Shown here piece by piece: positions 52,252-64,000 of a stretch of DNA of 64,000 bases (position 1 is the stretch's first letter; each line of letters begins with the position of its first letter). The stretch is from NCBI RefSeq assembly GCF_006345805.1, contig NC_042998.1, forward strand, positions 179,800,001 to 179,864,000, written 5' to 3'. Under the pieces are notes generated by a model. It was not told the DNA's origin. It did no database searches and worked only from the letters and a program-made list of their open reading frames with translations. Origin of the DNA: Octopus sinensis. Lineage: Eukaryota. The position numbers were made by a program, and so were the translations under genes.

Positions 52252-52612
52252 TTCATTTATTTATTTATTTTATGACAGTGACTACTACGTCGCTTAATGT
52301 ATCCGTCCTTCTTATTGCTATTAAAGATTTTGTTGTTGTTGAATGATTAACCCCAGGTCAGCAGGTCCGCCCTATTTGAGTTGACCTACGATCAAAAGCA
52401 TTCCTTCGAAATTGATACACACTTGATCTGTGTTAATCAGTTTTTAAAAAAGTAAAAATGAATAATTTTGCCAATTAATCCAAGTACAATGTATCTAGAA
52501 TTAAATTATTCAATGTGCTTTTTCCATTCTAAACATTGCTGTTGCTTATTAGAAATTGTGTGCCAAATTACCAGGATTTAGAACTCCGTGTATATCCGCG
52601 CTCGTGTTATTG

Positions 52613-53207
52613 TTAGTTAGTTAGTTAGTTAGTTAGTTAATTTGGCTCAAAAGCAAATAGCAAGGCCATGTAGGGGGACATGGAGTTAAGTACAGGGTGG
52701 TGTTCATGTAAAGAGTTCAGGCCACTTGAGGTCAAGGGAGGCTTTGAACAAAGCGGTCGTCGGCATCTTCCCATCTCGTCTGGCAGCTTGTTCCACGGAT
52801 CCGCAACCCGGACGGAGAAAGCTCCTCTCCTTCGATTGAGATGAAATCGTCGCAGGTAGAGCTTTTCTGAATGACCCCGCAGCCGACGCTCTGGAGCAGG
52901 AGTGAAGAACAGCTCTTTCGAGAAGTTACACTTTTCGCTTATGATGTTGTGGGCGAGAATGAGATCACCACGGCGGCGGCGTTTTTCTAGAGAATAAAGG
53001 TCGAGCGTCCTCAGCCTTTCTTCATAGGAAAAATATTTGAGACCATGAACCATGCGGGTAGCCAGCTTCTGGACTCTTTCGAGATGCTGTATGTCTTTGA
53101 GGAGATAAGGAGAAGAGGCTTGAATCCCGTACTCCAATATGGGTCTCACCAGCGTGACATAGAGTGGCAGGAATATGGCTGCTGTGAGCATTCCGAATGA
53201 CCGTATT
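52613..53207 (-). mobile_element. 5'-truncated CR1-clade LINE with (TAAC)n tail
   Basis: Stop-free 184-aa ORF containing LYVTLVRPILEY, LERVQKLATRM, YEERLRTLDLYSLEKRRRRGDLI, LRGHSEKL and FSVRVADPWNKLP; tail at 52613-52640. Confidence 0.92.
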
Positions 53208-54328
53208 TTGTATCTCCTGTTATGAATCTAGGGATTGGGTGTTTCACAGAGTGCGTGTGAATAATAAACAAAACACGAGAGACTGTTTATAAAATATTTA
53301 GTTAAACCATTTCACTAGTCGCTCGCTATCATGATAATGATTGATTCTGTTAATATTTCTATAATCCAACAGAATCTTATAAAACTTACATGTCTCTGAT
53401 GGTTTGGCAGTAAGTCTTGATTATATAGCTTTTTATGACTATTAATCACTTTGTGTTAATGAAACGTACGTAGAATGATGTAATTAATATCTTAACATGA
53501 TCTTTCACATTCTACACACACACTCAGTCACACACAAACATACATCTATCATGTAATGTAAACGGAATGAACATAAAAAAATTAAGGCGTACATATCAAA
53601 ATTTGATATATTATTCTGAATATTTAATGGAACGTTCCTCAATGTTATTTACTCTTGGGGATCTTGGGGAACCCTTGAAATTCATTCCATATTTCAGGGA
53701 AATCCTATATAAATAATATTAAATTTCTTTACACCCTTTTCTTTTACTCTCTCTTTTTCATAAACTTAAATTTCATGAGAAATTAATTAAGCAAATCATA
53801 AAAATGTCTTTGAAAAGCTTGACAGTACTAAATCCATTTGACGCCACAAAAAGAAAAAAAAAAAAGAAAAGAAAAGGAAAAAGAACAGCAAAAAAATAGA
53901 ATTTAACGAATTTCGTATCAATCAAATTCTTCTAGAATTCCCTATGATGAGGTCATTTTCCTCATTGGATCATCTTAATACCTACAGATGTACCAGGATT
54001 TACCTTCTTAAAGGAATATAGTGTGGGTATATAATTGATTTCTATTTAGGCACAAAGCCAGCAATTATTGATTTCAAACTTTGGCACAAAGCCAGCAATT
54101 TCAGCGAAGGGTGTAAGTCAACTACTTCGACCCCAATATGCTACAGGTACTTATTTTATCGACCCCGAAAGGATGAAAGGCAAAGTGGACCTGGGCAAGA
54201 TTAGAACTCAAACCTAAAGTGTCAGAATAAATAACGTGAAGTATATTTTCCGGTGCTGTAATAATTCTCCCACTCGTCTCATTGCCATGAACGTATAATA
54301 AAATTATGTATAAGGAATTATACACACG

Positions 54329-54373
<45 letters not shown>

Positions 54374-54404
54374 GTATATATATATATTATACATACATAC
54401 ATTT

Positions 54405-54918
54405 TTGTTGTGACCCACTTCGGTGATGAATAACCATGGGATAGCACCTAGAAAGTTACCCTCCGAGGCACAAGTCTGTGCAAGGTTGTTTATGGAAGAC
54501 CAACAGTCGCCCATGCATACCAGCCTCCCCTCTCCACGCCACCAGTGTTATCCAAGGGAAAGGCAAAGGCTGATACAACTTGGCACCAGTGACGTCGCAG
54601 CTCATTTATTAACGTGCAAGTAGCTGAACACTCCACAAACATGTGTACCCTTAACGTAGTTCTCGGGGAGATTCAGCGTGAAACAGAGTGTGACAAAGCT
54701 GGCCCTTTGAAATACAGATACAACAGAAACCGGAAGAAAGAATGAGAGAAAGTTTTGGTGAAAGAGTACAGCAGGGTTCACCACTATCCCCTGCCGGAGC
54801 ATCGTGGAACTTTAGGTGTTTTCGCTCAATAAACACTCACAATGCCCGGTCTGGGAATCGAAACCGCGATCCTACGACCGCGAGTCCGCTGCGCTAACCA
54901 CTGGGCTATTGCGCCTCC
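54405..54918 (-). mobile_element. SINE family C (tRNA-Arg-like head, 54608-54918) fused to a different 3' module (54405-54607)
   Basis: Head ggaggcgcaatagcccagtggttag...ggtttcgattcccagaccgggc. The body matches the 58329-58689 copy up to cacgttaat, then switches to aaatgagctgcgacgtcactggtgcc... Confidence 0.8.
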
Positions 54919-55544
54919 ATACATACATACACACACACACACATACACACACACATATATACATACACAAACAAACACACACACATATATATATACATAC
55001 ACAAACAAGCACACATACATATATATATATATATACATACACACACACAAACTGAAAATCACATTTGCATTTAATTAGTCCATTTATCAGTATTTTCCCT
55101 GGAACTCTTAGCAGCCTCTCACAGAATCCTAGAATTCTCTGGAACAACGGATGGGAAACGGGAATCTGATGATTCACCGAATTCTTTATATTTCTTAGGT
55201 ACAAAGCGTTAGGATTGTTTTATATTCCACTGGCATGTGTTTTAACTATCATATATTCTCCCGTGTCTATTTATTACAAATCCCAGTCAAGTTCTCTAGA
55301 GTTAGCTATATCTTTTCGATCCGATTTTCTATACCCAAAATAGTTAGTCATTCACTACGAACAATTACCACAAGTTTACTATTCACCGTTGTAGACCTGC
55401 CCCTAAGTCGTTTGTGCTTACAGTAGTAAGATACTTTACTGCGATCAGGTGCTAGAAAAATACCTCAGGGATATCAAAAACGAGATTTCGCTTCAGGCAT
55501 TTAAATAAGGCTTTTTTCTTAATTTATACTCCTGTGTGGATATA

Positions 55545-55933
55545 CTCTCTTTTACTTGTTTCAGTCATTTGACTGCGGCCATGCTGGAGCACCGCCTTTA
55601 ATCGAGCAACTCGACCCCGGGACTTATTCTTTTGTAAGCCCAGTACTTATTCTATCGGTCTCTTTTGCCGAACCGCTAAGTAACGGGGACATAAACACAC
55701 CAGCATCGGTTGTCAAGCAATGCTAGGGGGACAAACACACACACACATATACATATATATACATATATACGACGGGCTTCTTTCAGTTTCCGTCTACCAA
55801 ATCCACTCACAAGGCATTGGTCGGCCCGGGGCTATAGCAGAAGACACCTGCCCAAGATGCCACGCAGTGGGACTGAACCCGGAACCATGTGGTTGGTAAG
55901 CAAACTACTTACCACACAGCCACTCCTGCGCCT
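55545..55933 (-). mobile_element. SINE family A, full length
   Basis: Collinear with the other copies; short internal microsatellite. Confidence 0.93.
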
Positions 55934-56589
55934 ATATTTGATTTTTTAAAAAAATATCTCATGGTAGATTAAGTTTTTTGTGAGAATAGTATTCAACACA
56001 TATTTGAACGCTTCACGTAATTTTTAGGGAGAGTCATTGACGATCAGTAGAGTCCATTCAAAGAATTTCCAGAGTCTCCGGCGGCCTGTTTTCACACCTT
56101 ATAATCGGGTTCAATTCGCGAACTTAGTAAAAGACACTTAAAATGCCATACAGCTGGACGAACCTGAGAACTCACGATTGGAAAGAAAACTTCTTAATCA
56201 TTCGACCATGCTTGCAATTATGACACTCTGATGTTGATATTGATGTCGTTGGTGATTATATTGTGTTGCTGTTGTCTTCTTCTTCTTCTTCTTCTTCTTC
56301 CAATCAAGTCTCACGCCATTAGCCACAAAGAATAATCTCTAATTCGAGCCTACTCTAAGCTACTAAGAGTGCGTGTGGCAGCTTGAAGATCCACCCACCA
56401 CATGCGATAGACTGGCCGTTGCACGGGCGCGAAAGATACGTTGTTATCTTTCCGTAAGCAGTGGCTTTTAACGGGTGGAGAGCTGAACCATCCTGGGGTA
56501 CAGAGGATTCGCAATCTAGACTAGGGACTGAAAGTTTACCACACCATAGTGGGATACACCATGGTTCCTCTGCTTTGTGGTAGAATTAG

Positions 56590-56774
56590 GAAGAAAGAGT
56601 GAGAGAAAGTTGTGGTGAAAGAGTACAGCGGGGTTCACTTGCCCGCCCCGCCGGAGCATCGTGGAGCTCAGGTGTTTTTGCTCAATAAACACTCACACTG
56701 CCCGGTCTGGGAATCGAAACCGCGTTCTTAGGACCGCGAGTCTGCTGCCCTAACCACTGGGCCATTGCGCCTCC
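56590..56774 (-). mobile_element. SINE family C, head and 5' body
   Basis: Same head and ctttcaccacaactttctctcactc block; the downstream sequence differs from the other two copies. Confidence 0.85.
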
Positions 56775-57022
56775 ACTGTTACTGTTGTTGTGGAGGAGGT
56801 TGTTTAACTTCTAGTCATCTACGATCAACGACTTTCCACCCATAATCACCACGTCGCATGATGTGGAGGGGCGGTGAAGCACATACTGTATCCTTCTATT
56901 TTTAAAGAGAGTAGAATGTAATTTGAAGCTGATTCGGCTGTTATTACTCGCTTCCCGAGTAACAGATACTTGCTGCAAAGAGGCTCTCTTTGCAACATGC
57001 ATGATGTATGAACTTGTTCTCT

Positions 57023-57318
57023 GTGTATGTATGTATGTATGTATGTATGTATGTATGTATGTATGTATGTATGTATGTATGTATGTATGTATGTATGATG
57101 TATGTATGTATGTATGTATGTATGTATGTATGTATGTATGTATGCATGTATGTATGTATGTATGTACGTATGTATGTATGTGTGTATGTATATATGTATG
57201 TATGTATGTGTGTATGTATCTATGCATGTATGTATGTATGTATGTATGTATGTATGTATGTATGTATGTATGCATGCATGTATGTATGTATGTATGTATG
57301 TACGTACGTATGTGTGTG

Positions 57319-57350
<32 letters not shown>

Positions 57351-57629
57351 TGTATGTATGTATGTATGTATGTATGTATGTGTGTATGTACGTACGGATG
57401 TACGTACGTATGTATGGGTGTGTATGTATGTATGTATGCATGTATGTGCGTATGTATATATGTATATATGTATGTATGTATGTATGTACGTATGTATGTG
57501 TGTATGTATATATATGTATGTATGTATGTGTGTATGTATGTATGCATGTATGTATGTATGTATGTATTATGTATGTATGTATGCATGTATGTATGTATGT
57601 ATGTATGTATGTACGTACGTATGTGTGTG

Positions 57630-57661
<32 letters not shown>

Positions 57662-57920
57662 CGTACGTGTGTGTGTGTATGTATGTACGTACGTATGTGT
57701 GTGTGTATGTATGTATGTATGTATGTGTGTATGTATGCATGTATGTATGTATGTATGTATGTATGTATGTATGTATGTATGTATGTGTGTATGTACGTAC
57801 GGATGTACGTACGTATGTATGGGTGTGTATGTATGTATGTATGCATGTATGTGCGTATGTATATATGTATATATGTATATATGTATGTATGTATGTACGT
57901 ACGTATGTATGTATGTGTGT
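57023..57920. repeat. ~900-bp (TATG)n array with an internal ~405-bp duplication
   Basis: The variant motif gtacggatgtacgtacgtatgtatgggtgtg occurs twice (ggatg at 57396 and 57801). Confidence 0.93.
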
Positions 57921-58328
57921 GTATGTGTGTCTGTGGGTATATGTGTACCAAGAAAATATGCATCCCTGACTGAGTGTGCATATTCGTATGTGCATACTAA
58001 CGTACATACAAAAAATCATGCGAGCACAACACACACACACACACACACCACACACACACACAAACACACACACATACACACGCACTCACTCGCACACGCA
58101 TCATATTTTGGTACAAGCATTCATACAGTAACAAACCGAAGGGTCGTATGCATATATTTTTGCCTCCCTTTCTCCTTCTTTCAACATATATTGAGAATTA
58201 TTACGGCATCGGAAATTATTCTTTACGTTATTAATTCTGACCTCTTTAGGTTCTGAGTTCCAATCTTGCCCAGGTCCACTTTGCCTTTCATCCATCCGGG
58301 GTTTCCAAAATATCTCTCATATGGATGG

Positions 58329-58689
58329 AAGCACTCCGTCGGTTACGACGACGAGGGTTCCGGTTGATCCGAATCAACGGAACAGCCTGCTCGTGAAATT
58401 AACGTGTAAGTGGCTGAGCACTCCACAGACACGTGTACCCTTAACGTAGTACTCGGGGATATTCAGCGTGACACAGAAAGTGACAAGGCCGGCCCTTTGA
58501 AATACAGGTACAACAGAAACAGGAAGTAAGAGTGAGAGAAAGTTGTGGTGAAAGAGTACAGCAGGGATCACCACCATCCCTGCCGGAGCCTCGTGGAACT
58601 TTAGGTGTTTTCGCTCAACGCCCGGTCTGGGAATCGGAACCGCGATCCTATGACCGCGTGTCCGCTGCCCTAACCACTGGGCCATTGCG
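58329..58689 (-). mobile_element. SINE family C, near full length
   Basis: Head through tail ...ggaaccctcgtcgtcgtaaccgacggagtgc; small internal deletion. Confidence 0.88.
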
Positions 58690-58851
58690 GATATACGAGT
58701 GGCTGTGTCGTAAGTAGCTTGCTTACTAATCACATGGTTCCGGGTTCAGTCCCACTGCCTCGCACCACGGGCAAGTGTCTTCTACGCTAGCCTCGGGCCG
58801 ACCAAAGCCTCGTGAGTGGATTTGGTAGACGGAAACTGGAAGAATCCCGTC

Positions 58852-58898
<47 letters not shown>

Positions 58899-59110
58899 TG
58901 TGTGTGTGCGTGTGTGTGTGTGTCTCCTCACCATCGCTTGACAACCGATATTGGTGTGTCAACGTCCCCGTAACTTAGCGGTTCGGCAAAACACGCTGAT
59001 AGAATAAATACTAAGCTTACAAGGATTAAGTCCTGGGGTCGATTTGTTCGACTAAAGGCGGTACTCCAGCATGGCCGGAGCCAAATGACTGAAACAAGTA
59101 AAAAAAAAGA
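58690..59110 (+). mobile_element. SINE family A directly abutting the family C head (divergent)
   Basis: gccattgcg|gatatacgagtggctgtgtcgtaag junction, then the full family A block order. Confidence 0.88.
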
Positions 59111-59805
59111 ATATAAATGTATATATGCATATAAATGTGTATATATATATATATATGTGCGTATGTATGTATATATATGTGTGTGTGTGTGTGTCTGTGT
59201 GTGTATAATGCAATATATATTTATATATGTTGTACGCGCACGCGCACACACATGCACACGCGCACACACATGCACACGCGCACACACACGCACACACCCA
59301 CACACTCACGCACTCGCACACACATACACACACACATGTATGTTCTCTACCCCAATTCTTTCCGTTACTCCTTTCTCTCATCACACCATAACAAACATAA
59401 CACCATTATTTTCGTTCTTTCTCTTGCCAAACCCCTCCCCTGATCCCCACCCACAAATGTGCATGTTTGTGTGTGTTATTATGTGTGCGTGTGTGTCTTT
59501 CTATCTATATGACTTACATGTATACGTACGAGTGTTGACGTGTGTGTGAGTCTGCTACTGGTTTTTGAGTGTCTATATGTACTTGCCTGTAGGTGTGTGT
59601 GTGTGTATGTGTGTCTGTGTGTGTGTGTGTCTGTGTGTATGTGTGTGTGTAACTACTTGTTCGATTGTGCCTGTGTATATGTCCGTTCCTGTTTGTCGTA
59701 TGTGTATGCGTAATTGTGTGTGTGTGCGCGCTCTTCCAGTCGTAGGAACAATTTTCTGGTTTCGCCATTAACTCAAACACTCACACACTCACACACACAC
59801 ACACG

Positions 59806-59846
<41 letters not shown>

Positions 59847-60260
59847 CACACACACACACACGCGCGCGCGCGCCCCCACATACACACTTATACATGCACA
59901 CAGAGAAAACCGTTGATTAAGGGTTTGAAAAAAAAAAGGGGTCGTTTGCAGTGAAAAATAAAGGGGTCAAAGTTTGGGAAGGAATTGGGTAGGGGCAAAG
60001 GAAACAAAACAAAAACTCTTGACTTGTATGTGTGGGAGGTGACAGATTTGACTGATATGGCAGTAGTGTTGAATGATTGGAGAGTGAACGGCGGCGGGAG
60101 TGGCGGTGGTGGTGGTGATGGTGATGATGGGGGCTGGGTGGTGGTGATGATGATGAGGGTAGTTGGTGGTGGAGTGTCGGGTTCATGGCGGTAGTTGTGG
60201 GTGTTGTAGTAGTGTAGTAGGTGTTCGTGCCGGTGGTGGTAGAGGTAGCTGTATTAATGG

Positions 60261-60407
60261 TAGCGGTTGTAGTAGAGTGGTGGTGACGGTGATGGTAGCG
60301 GTTGTAGTAGAGTGGTGGTGACGGTGATGGTAGTGGTTGTAGTAGAGTGGTGGTGACGGTGATGGTAGCGGTTGTAGTAGAGTGGTGGTGACGGTGATGG
60401 TAGCGGT
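60261..60407. repeat. 35-bp minisatellite, 4 full copies plus a partial
   Basis: Unit TAGCGGTTGTAGTAGAGTGGTGGTGACGGTGATGG starts at 60261, 60296, 60331 (one C>T) and 60366. Confidence 0.95.
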
Positions 60408-60788
60408 GGTAGTTGTGGTGATAGTGGTGCTAGTAGCAACTGTGGTGGAGGTCGCGGTTCTTATGCTACTGGTGGGACAGCTATTCCAACACTCCGCCTG
60501 TCAACCCATCAAAGCGATCCACCCATGACCATCCCATGATTTTTCAACACGCAAGACATCTCGAGACCACATTAGCCAATTTTCGTTAATTAGAACATAA
60601 GGTGTAATTTGATTGATATTTGAGGGATCTTTCGCTGTAGTTTTACACAATTATAAAGTTCATGTAGAAGTCCTTTCTTGGCTTGTGGTTGTACTGATAA
60701 TAGATAGTGTAGAGGTGGCAATAGTGTTATAGTCTTTGGTCGTTGCTTTATGTGTATAGTTGCTATGGAATTAGTGCTGGCTGCCTTC

Positions 60789-61230
60789 CACGTCATGCTT
60801 AGCCTAGACACCGCAAACGTCCCTTTCCAGCTCGAACCAGCGGGGCTAAAACGAAAGGACAGTAAAAGCTTGAAGATACAACAGTGTTCCCGTTCCGTGA
60901 TGGTAAGTCCCTCAACTGGGACATCACATGCTGTAATACCTCCTCCATCGGCAACTTGGTGCGTTCAGCTACCAGGCTCCGCAACTTGTCAGGCTGCGGA
61001 AAGCAAATCTTAAAAATATCGGTCGCTCACCGAAAGGTTTAGGGTCGAGCCTGTGCCAGTGAACACCTCTTGCGTCTTCGGGCCCAGGGACATACCCCAT
61101 GATCACAGCCATCGTGATGGAGATGGCTATCCGTAAGTGCGAGCTCTGTGATTCAGAGTGGCTGTTCCAGCGAATGTCCTTCACCATCGTCTGGGGCAAC
61201 GCCTTTTCCATTTTGTCTGCTGGGACCATA
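60789..61230 (+). mobile_element. Decayed C-terminus (RLE domain) of a CRE-clade non-LTR retrotransposon
   Basis: LDTANVPFQLEPAGLKRKDSK; TVFPFRDGKSLNWDITCCNT; PGSATCQAAESKS*KYRSLTERFRVEPVPVNTSCVFGP; WLFQRMSFTIVWGNAFSIL. These are collinear, across frameshifts, with the LEP.GL.R.DGKRPDG.T..P...GK.L.WD.TC...AE..K..KY...QR+S+A+.RGNA pattern. Confidence 0.8.
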
Positions 61231-61369
61231 AGGCAGTTTGAATTACACAGTAAATGAAGAAAATGTAAAAATTTCGTAGCTTATTACACGAAAAAAAAAA
61301 ACTTATACAATCCCTGTAGCATTGTGGAATTAACGGAGCCATTAAAATAAGGGCATATTCATGTATGTG

Positions 61370-61650
61370 TACGCAATCTGATCAATAAGTATACGGACTG
61401 TTGCCATAGTAACGAAGCTAAAGCACGTTGGGTGAAGCCACTTGGCAAAGATTGACATTGATCTCCGCTGTGCATGCGCACTAAGTTTTAACGTTCTATC
61501 TTAATTCCGCTGTTTACAGTAGTGCTCGGAAGGAAGGTGTGTAGCGTGTGATTGTCACATTGACCATGACAGAGAAAGTCGAGCAAAGAATCTGCATCAA
61601 ATTTTGTCAAAAGCTTGGCTATCCCTGTTCAGAGGCCTATGAGAAAGTAC
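61370..61650 (+). mobile_element. Mariner-family transposon 5' end (TIR, 5' UTR, transposase N-terminus)
   Basis: TA followed by CGCAATCTGATCAATAAGTATACGGACT; ATG at 61566 gives MTEKVEQRICIKFCQKLGYPCSEAYEK, matching the mariner EQR.CIKFC.KLG motif. Confidence 0.78.
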
Positions 61651-62928
61651 CCCGAAACAAAACCTACGTCCTGATAACAAACGGATTCGTGACACTCGTA
61701 CCAAATAAATACCACGTAGTTTGAAGGACGTGAGAGCGGGACTAGCTCTGCACAAAGCAAGGCCACTATAAGAAACCTTTGTCGCCTTATGGGGTAATTT
61801 ATTGAGCATTAAAAAATAAGCTAAAGGAGTAATTTCTCTAGAAAATCTAGAGGCAGAGACACAAAGATAGTTACGAACAGTTATACTTAACCAATATTTG
61901 GCATACTTTGTAGCTCTGTGGATGCTGCGAACGTACTGAGTTGTCTTTCCTTCAAGGCGTATCCATGAGTTGAGAGCTGGTAAGTGTATTTGGGACAAGG
62001 TACTTGTTTCTGGAAACAGCCTAGGCGCAGCTCAGGTGGTGAAGCTACTTGTCTCTGCAATGCATACATGCATATATACATGCATGCACGCATACATAAA
62101 TACAGACACGTACACACACATTATTACACATACATACACGCACACCACACATACAGACACACATACATACATATACATACATACATACATATACACACGT
62201 ACATACATGTATGGTGGCTGCCCCCTCGTTATCGAGTACGGCCTGTGCAGGTAGCTTAATCAATGTTGTTATCGTGCAATGCCTGTGCAAGAAGATTTTT
62301 GTTTTAAGTGAGGAAAGGCTGTGCACTGAGTCAATCTCAATCACTAAGCAACAGAAGCCATAATCCGAAAAGAAAAACAAGTCAACATCATCGGTAACCA
62401 CTGAGCGGCAGGTTTTATGTCGGAGTTATCCCAGTTACCCGAATTACCTTCTCCTAGAAGGATGCCCTAACAAAGGCTAGGAGTCCTTCACTCCTAATGG
62501 TTTAACCGCGCGATCGGGTATTCAGTCCGATTATTTCTATGTACCCGCGCATGATATAGCCCTATACACACACACACACACATACATACATACATATACC
62601 CACATACATACATACATACATACATACATACATACATACATACATACATACATACATACATACATAATTGTCATGGTTATCAATTATATCGTCTTTCCCT
62701 TTTGTCTTCTTAATGATTTATTATATATTGTCCTATACTCGTTTATTACTGTACTTAGGTTCTCCTCCTCCTCCTTCTCCTCCTCCTTCTTCTTTTTCTT
62801 CTTCTTCTTTTTCTTCTCCTCCTCCTCCTTCTTCTTTCCTACATGTGTGTTTATGTATGCATATGTGTGTCTGTGTTTGTGTTTTCGTGTGTGTGTGTGT
62901 GTGTGTGTGCATGTGCGTGCTTGAGAAG

Positions 62929-62960
<32 letters not shown>

Positions 62961-63590
62961 AAAAGAGAGAGTTCGTTTTCTTTTAGGCCCACATTTGTAA
63001 TCTAGAATTGAATTATTTCTATAATTATACACAAATTGAATTATGTATGTATGCACGCACACACACACACATTTATGTATGTCTATATATATGCACGTAC
63101 ATACATATATGTATTTATAAAATTATTAATAAGCAAATTACATAAATGCACATAAGTAATTACTTCTGTCCTTCGTTTATTGCAGCTTCAACTTTATAAG
63201 CTTTGCAGAGCATCTCAGGTTCCAATCATCGGAAATGAAAGCATCATCAAATATATGTGTAAATACACGATGATGTAAACAATGCCAAATTCTAATTAAT
63301 TCGTTATAATTAAGTGCGTAGTAAATTAGACAGAGGTTGAAAAATCTATGTTTGCATTTGTTAAAGTGCATTTGTGTTATATACACGTATGTATGTATGT
63401 ATCTGAGAGTGTGTTTTCTTTTGATGCTAGTTATTTGTCTTGAAACTGGTTACATTCATAGAGATGCAACCAATACCATTCCCAGTCGGAGGAGGAGAAA
63501 TCTTAATATATCTTGGTTTTATTTACTCCTGATGACGCAACTATAGACCATGAAGTGTCAAGTTTTTAGTTGAATGTTCATAAAAATCTA

Positions 63591-63808
63591 CGAAGGCGTG
63601 CTGAAAAGTTCTTAGCTTTTAAGGTCTCGTGAAAGGCCTGGCTGGAGGGATCAACGTTCCGAGTTCTTTTACGGGGCTTAGAAAACCTGAAGGATCGCTG
63701 CAATAAGTGTGTGAATCTAAGAGGGGAATATGTTAAATAAAATCATAATTAACTGATCCTCCTGTGTTTTCTTTTACCCGAAGCTAGAAACTTTTCAGCA
63801 TCCCTTCA
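63591..63808 (+). mobile_element. Mariner-type MITE with TA target duplication
   Basis: TIRs TACGAAGGCGTGCTGAAAAGTTCTTAGCTT and its reverse complement (25/30). The interior encodes GLENLKDRCNKCVNLRGEYVK*. Confidence 0.88.
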
Positions 63809-63860
63809 TAATACATACATACATACATACATACATAATATATACATACATACATACATA

Positions 63861-64000
63861 TGAGAGGGTGCTAAAAAGTTCTTGGCTTTAGGGGTATTGT
63901 GAAAAGCCTGGCTGGAGGCTCAATGTTCCGAGTTCTTTTTCAGGGCTTAAAAAAACTGAAGGACCAGTGCAATAAGTGTGTGAATCTTAGAGGGAAATAT
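63861..64000 (+). mobile_element. Second copy of the same mariner MITE, cut by the window end
   Basis: TATGAGAGGGTGCTAAAAAGTTCTTGGCTT terminus; collinear with 63591-63730. Confidence 0.85.

Noticed and set aside
56811-58256. Overlapping 150-380-aa ORFs (MYVC/HTYI repeats)
   Set aside because: Translations of (TATG)n in all frames.
60261-60407. CRISPR-like array (35-bp repeats)
   Set aside because: Repeats are directly adjacent with no spacers, and the context is eukaryotic.

Overview
Repeat-dense animal genomic DNA, most likely from an Octopus species (inferred from the tRNA-derived SINE families I recognise and the extreme microsatellite load). One real host gene is visible: a 5,281-nt uninterrupted first coding exon on the minus strand (25243 to 19963). 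It encodes a signal peptide and tandem CSPG/cadherin-like repeats of a FREM2/FREM3-type (sea-urchin ECM3-like) basement-membrane protein and ends at a canonical phase-1 donor (CAAG|GTAAGA). I could not find exon 2 in the ~20 kb downstream. The rest is non-genic. It contains three tRNA-headed SINE families (some with exact target-site duplications, one nested, some with swapped tails), RTE and CR1 LINE 3' fragments, and two decayed restriction-like-endonuclease (RLE) retrotransposon relics (CRE-like and R4/Dong-like). It also contains a decayed DD34E Tc1 transposase, mariner and hAT MITEs, a Helitron helicase relic beside a non-autonomous Helitron-like element, a ~1.33-kb tandem duplication, a ~180-bp-arm fold-back, a 100-N gap and many microsatellites. 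Almost all short ORFs in the track are microsatellite or SINE translations. I found no clearly new biological system. The best leads are the giant FREM exon with its N-terminal extension, the RLE relics, the modular SINEs and the dsRNA-forming inverted repeats. All family assignments come from motif recognition from memory, not database searches.
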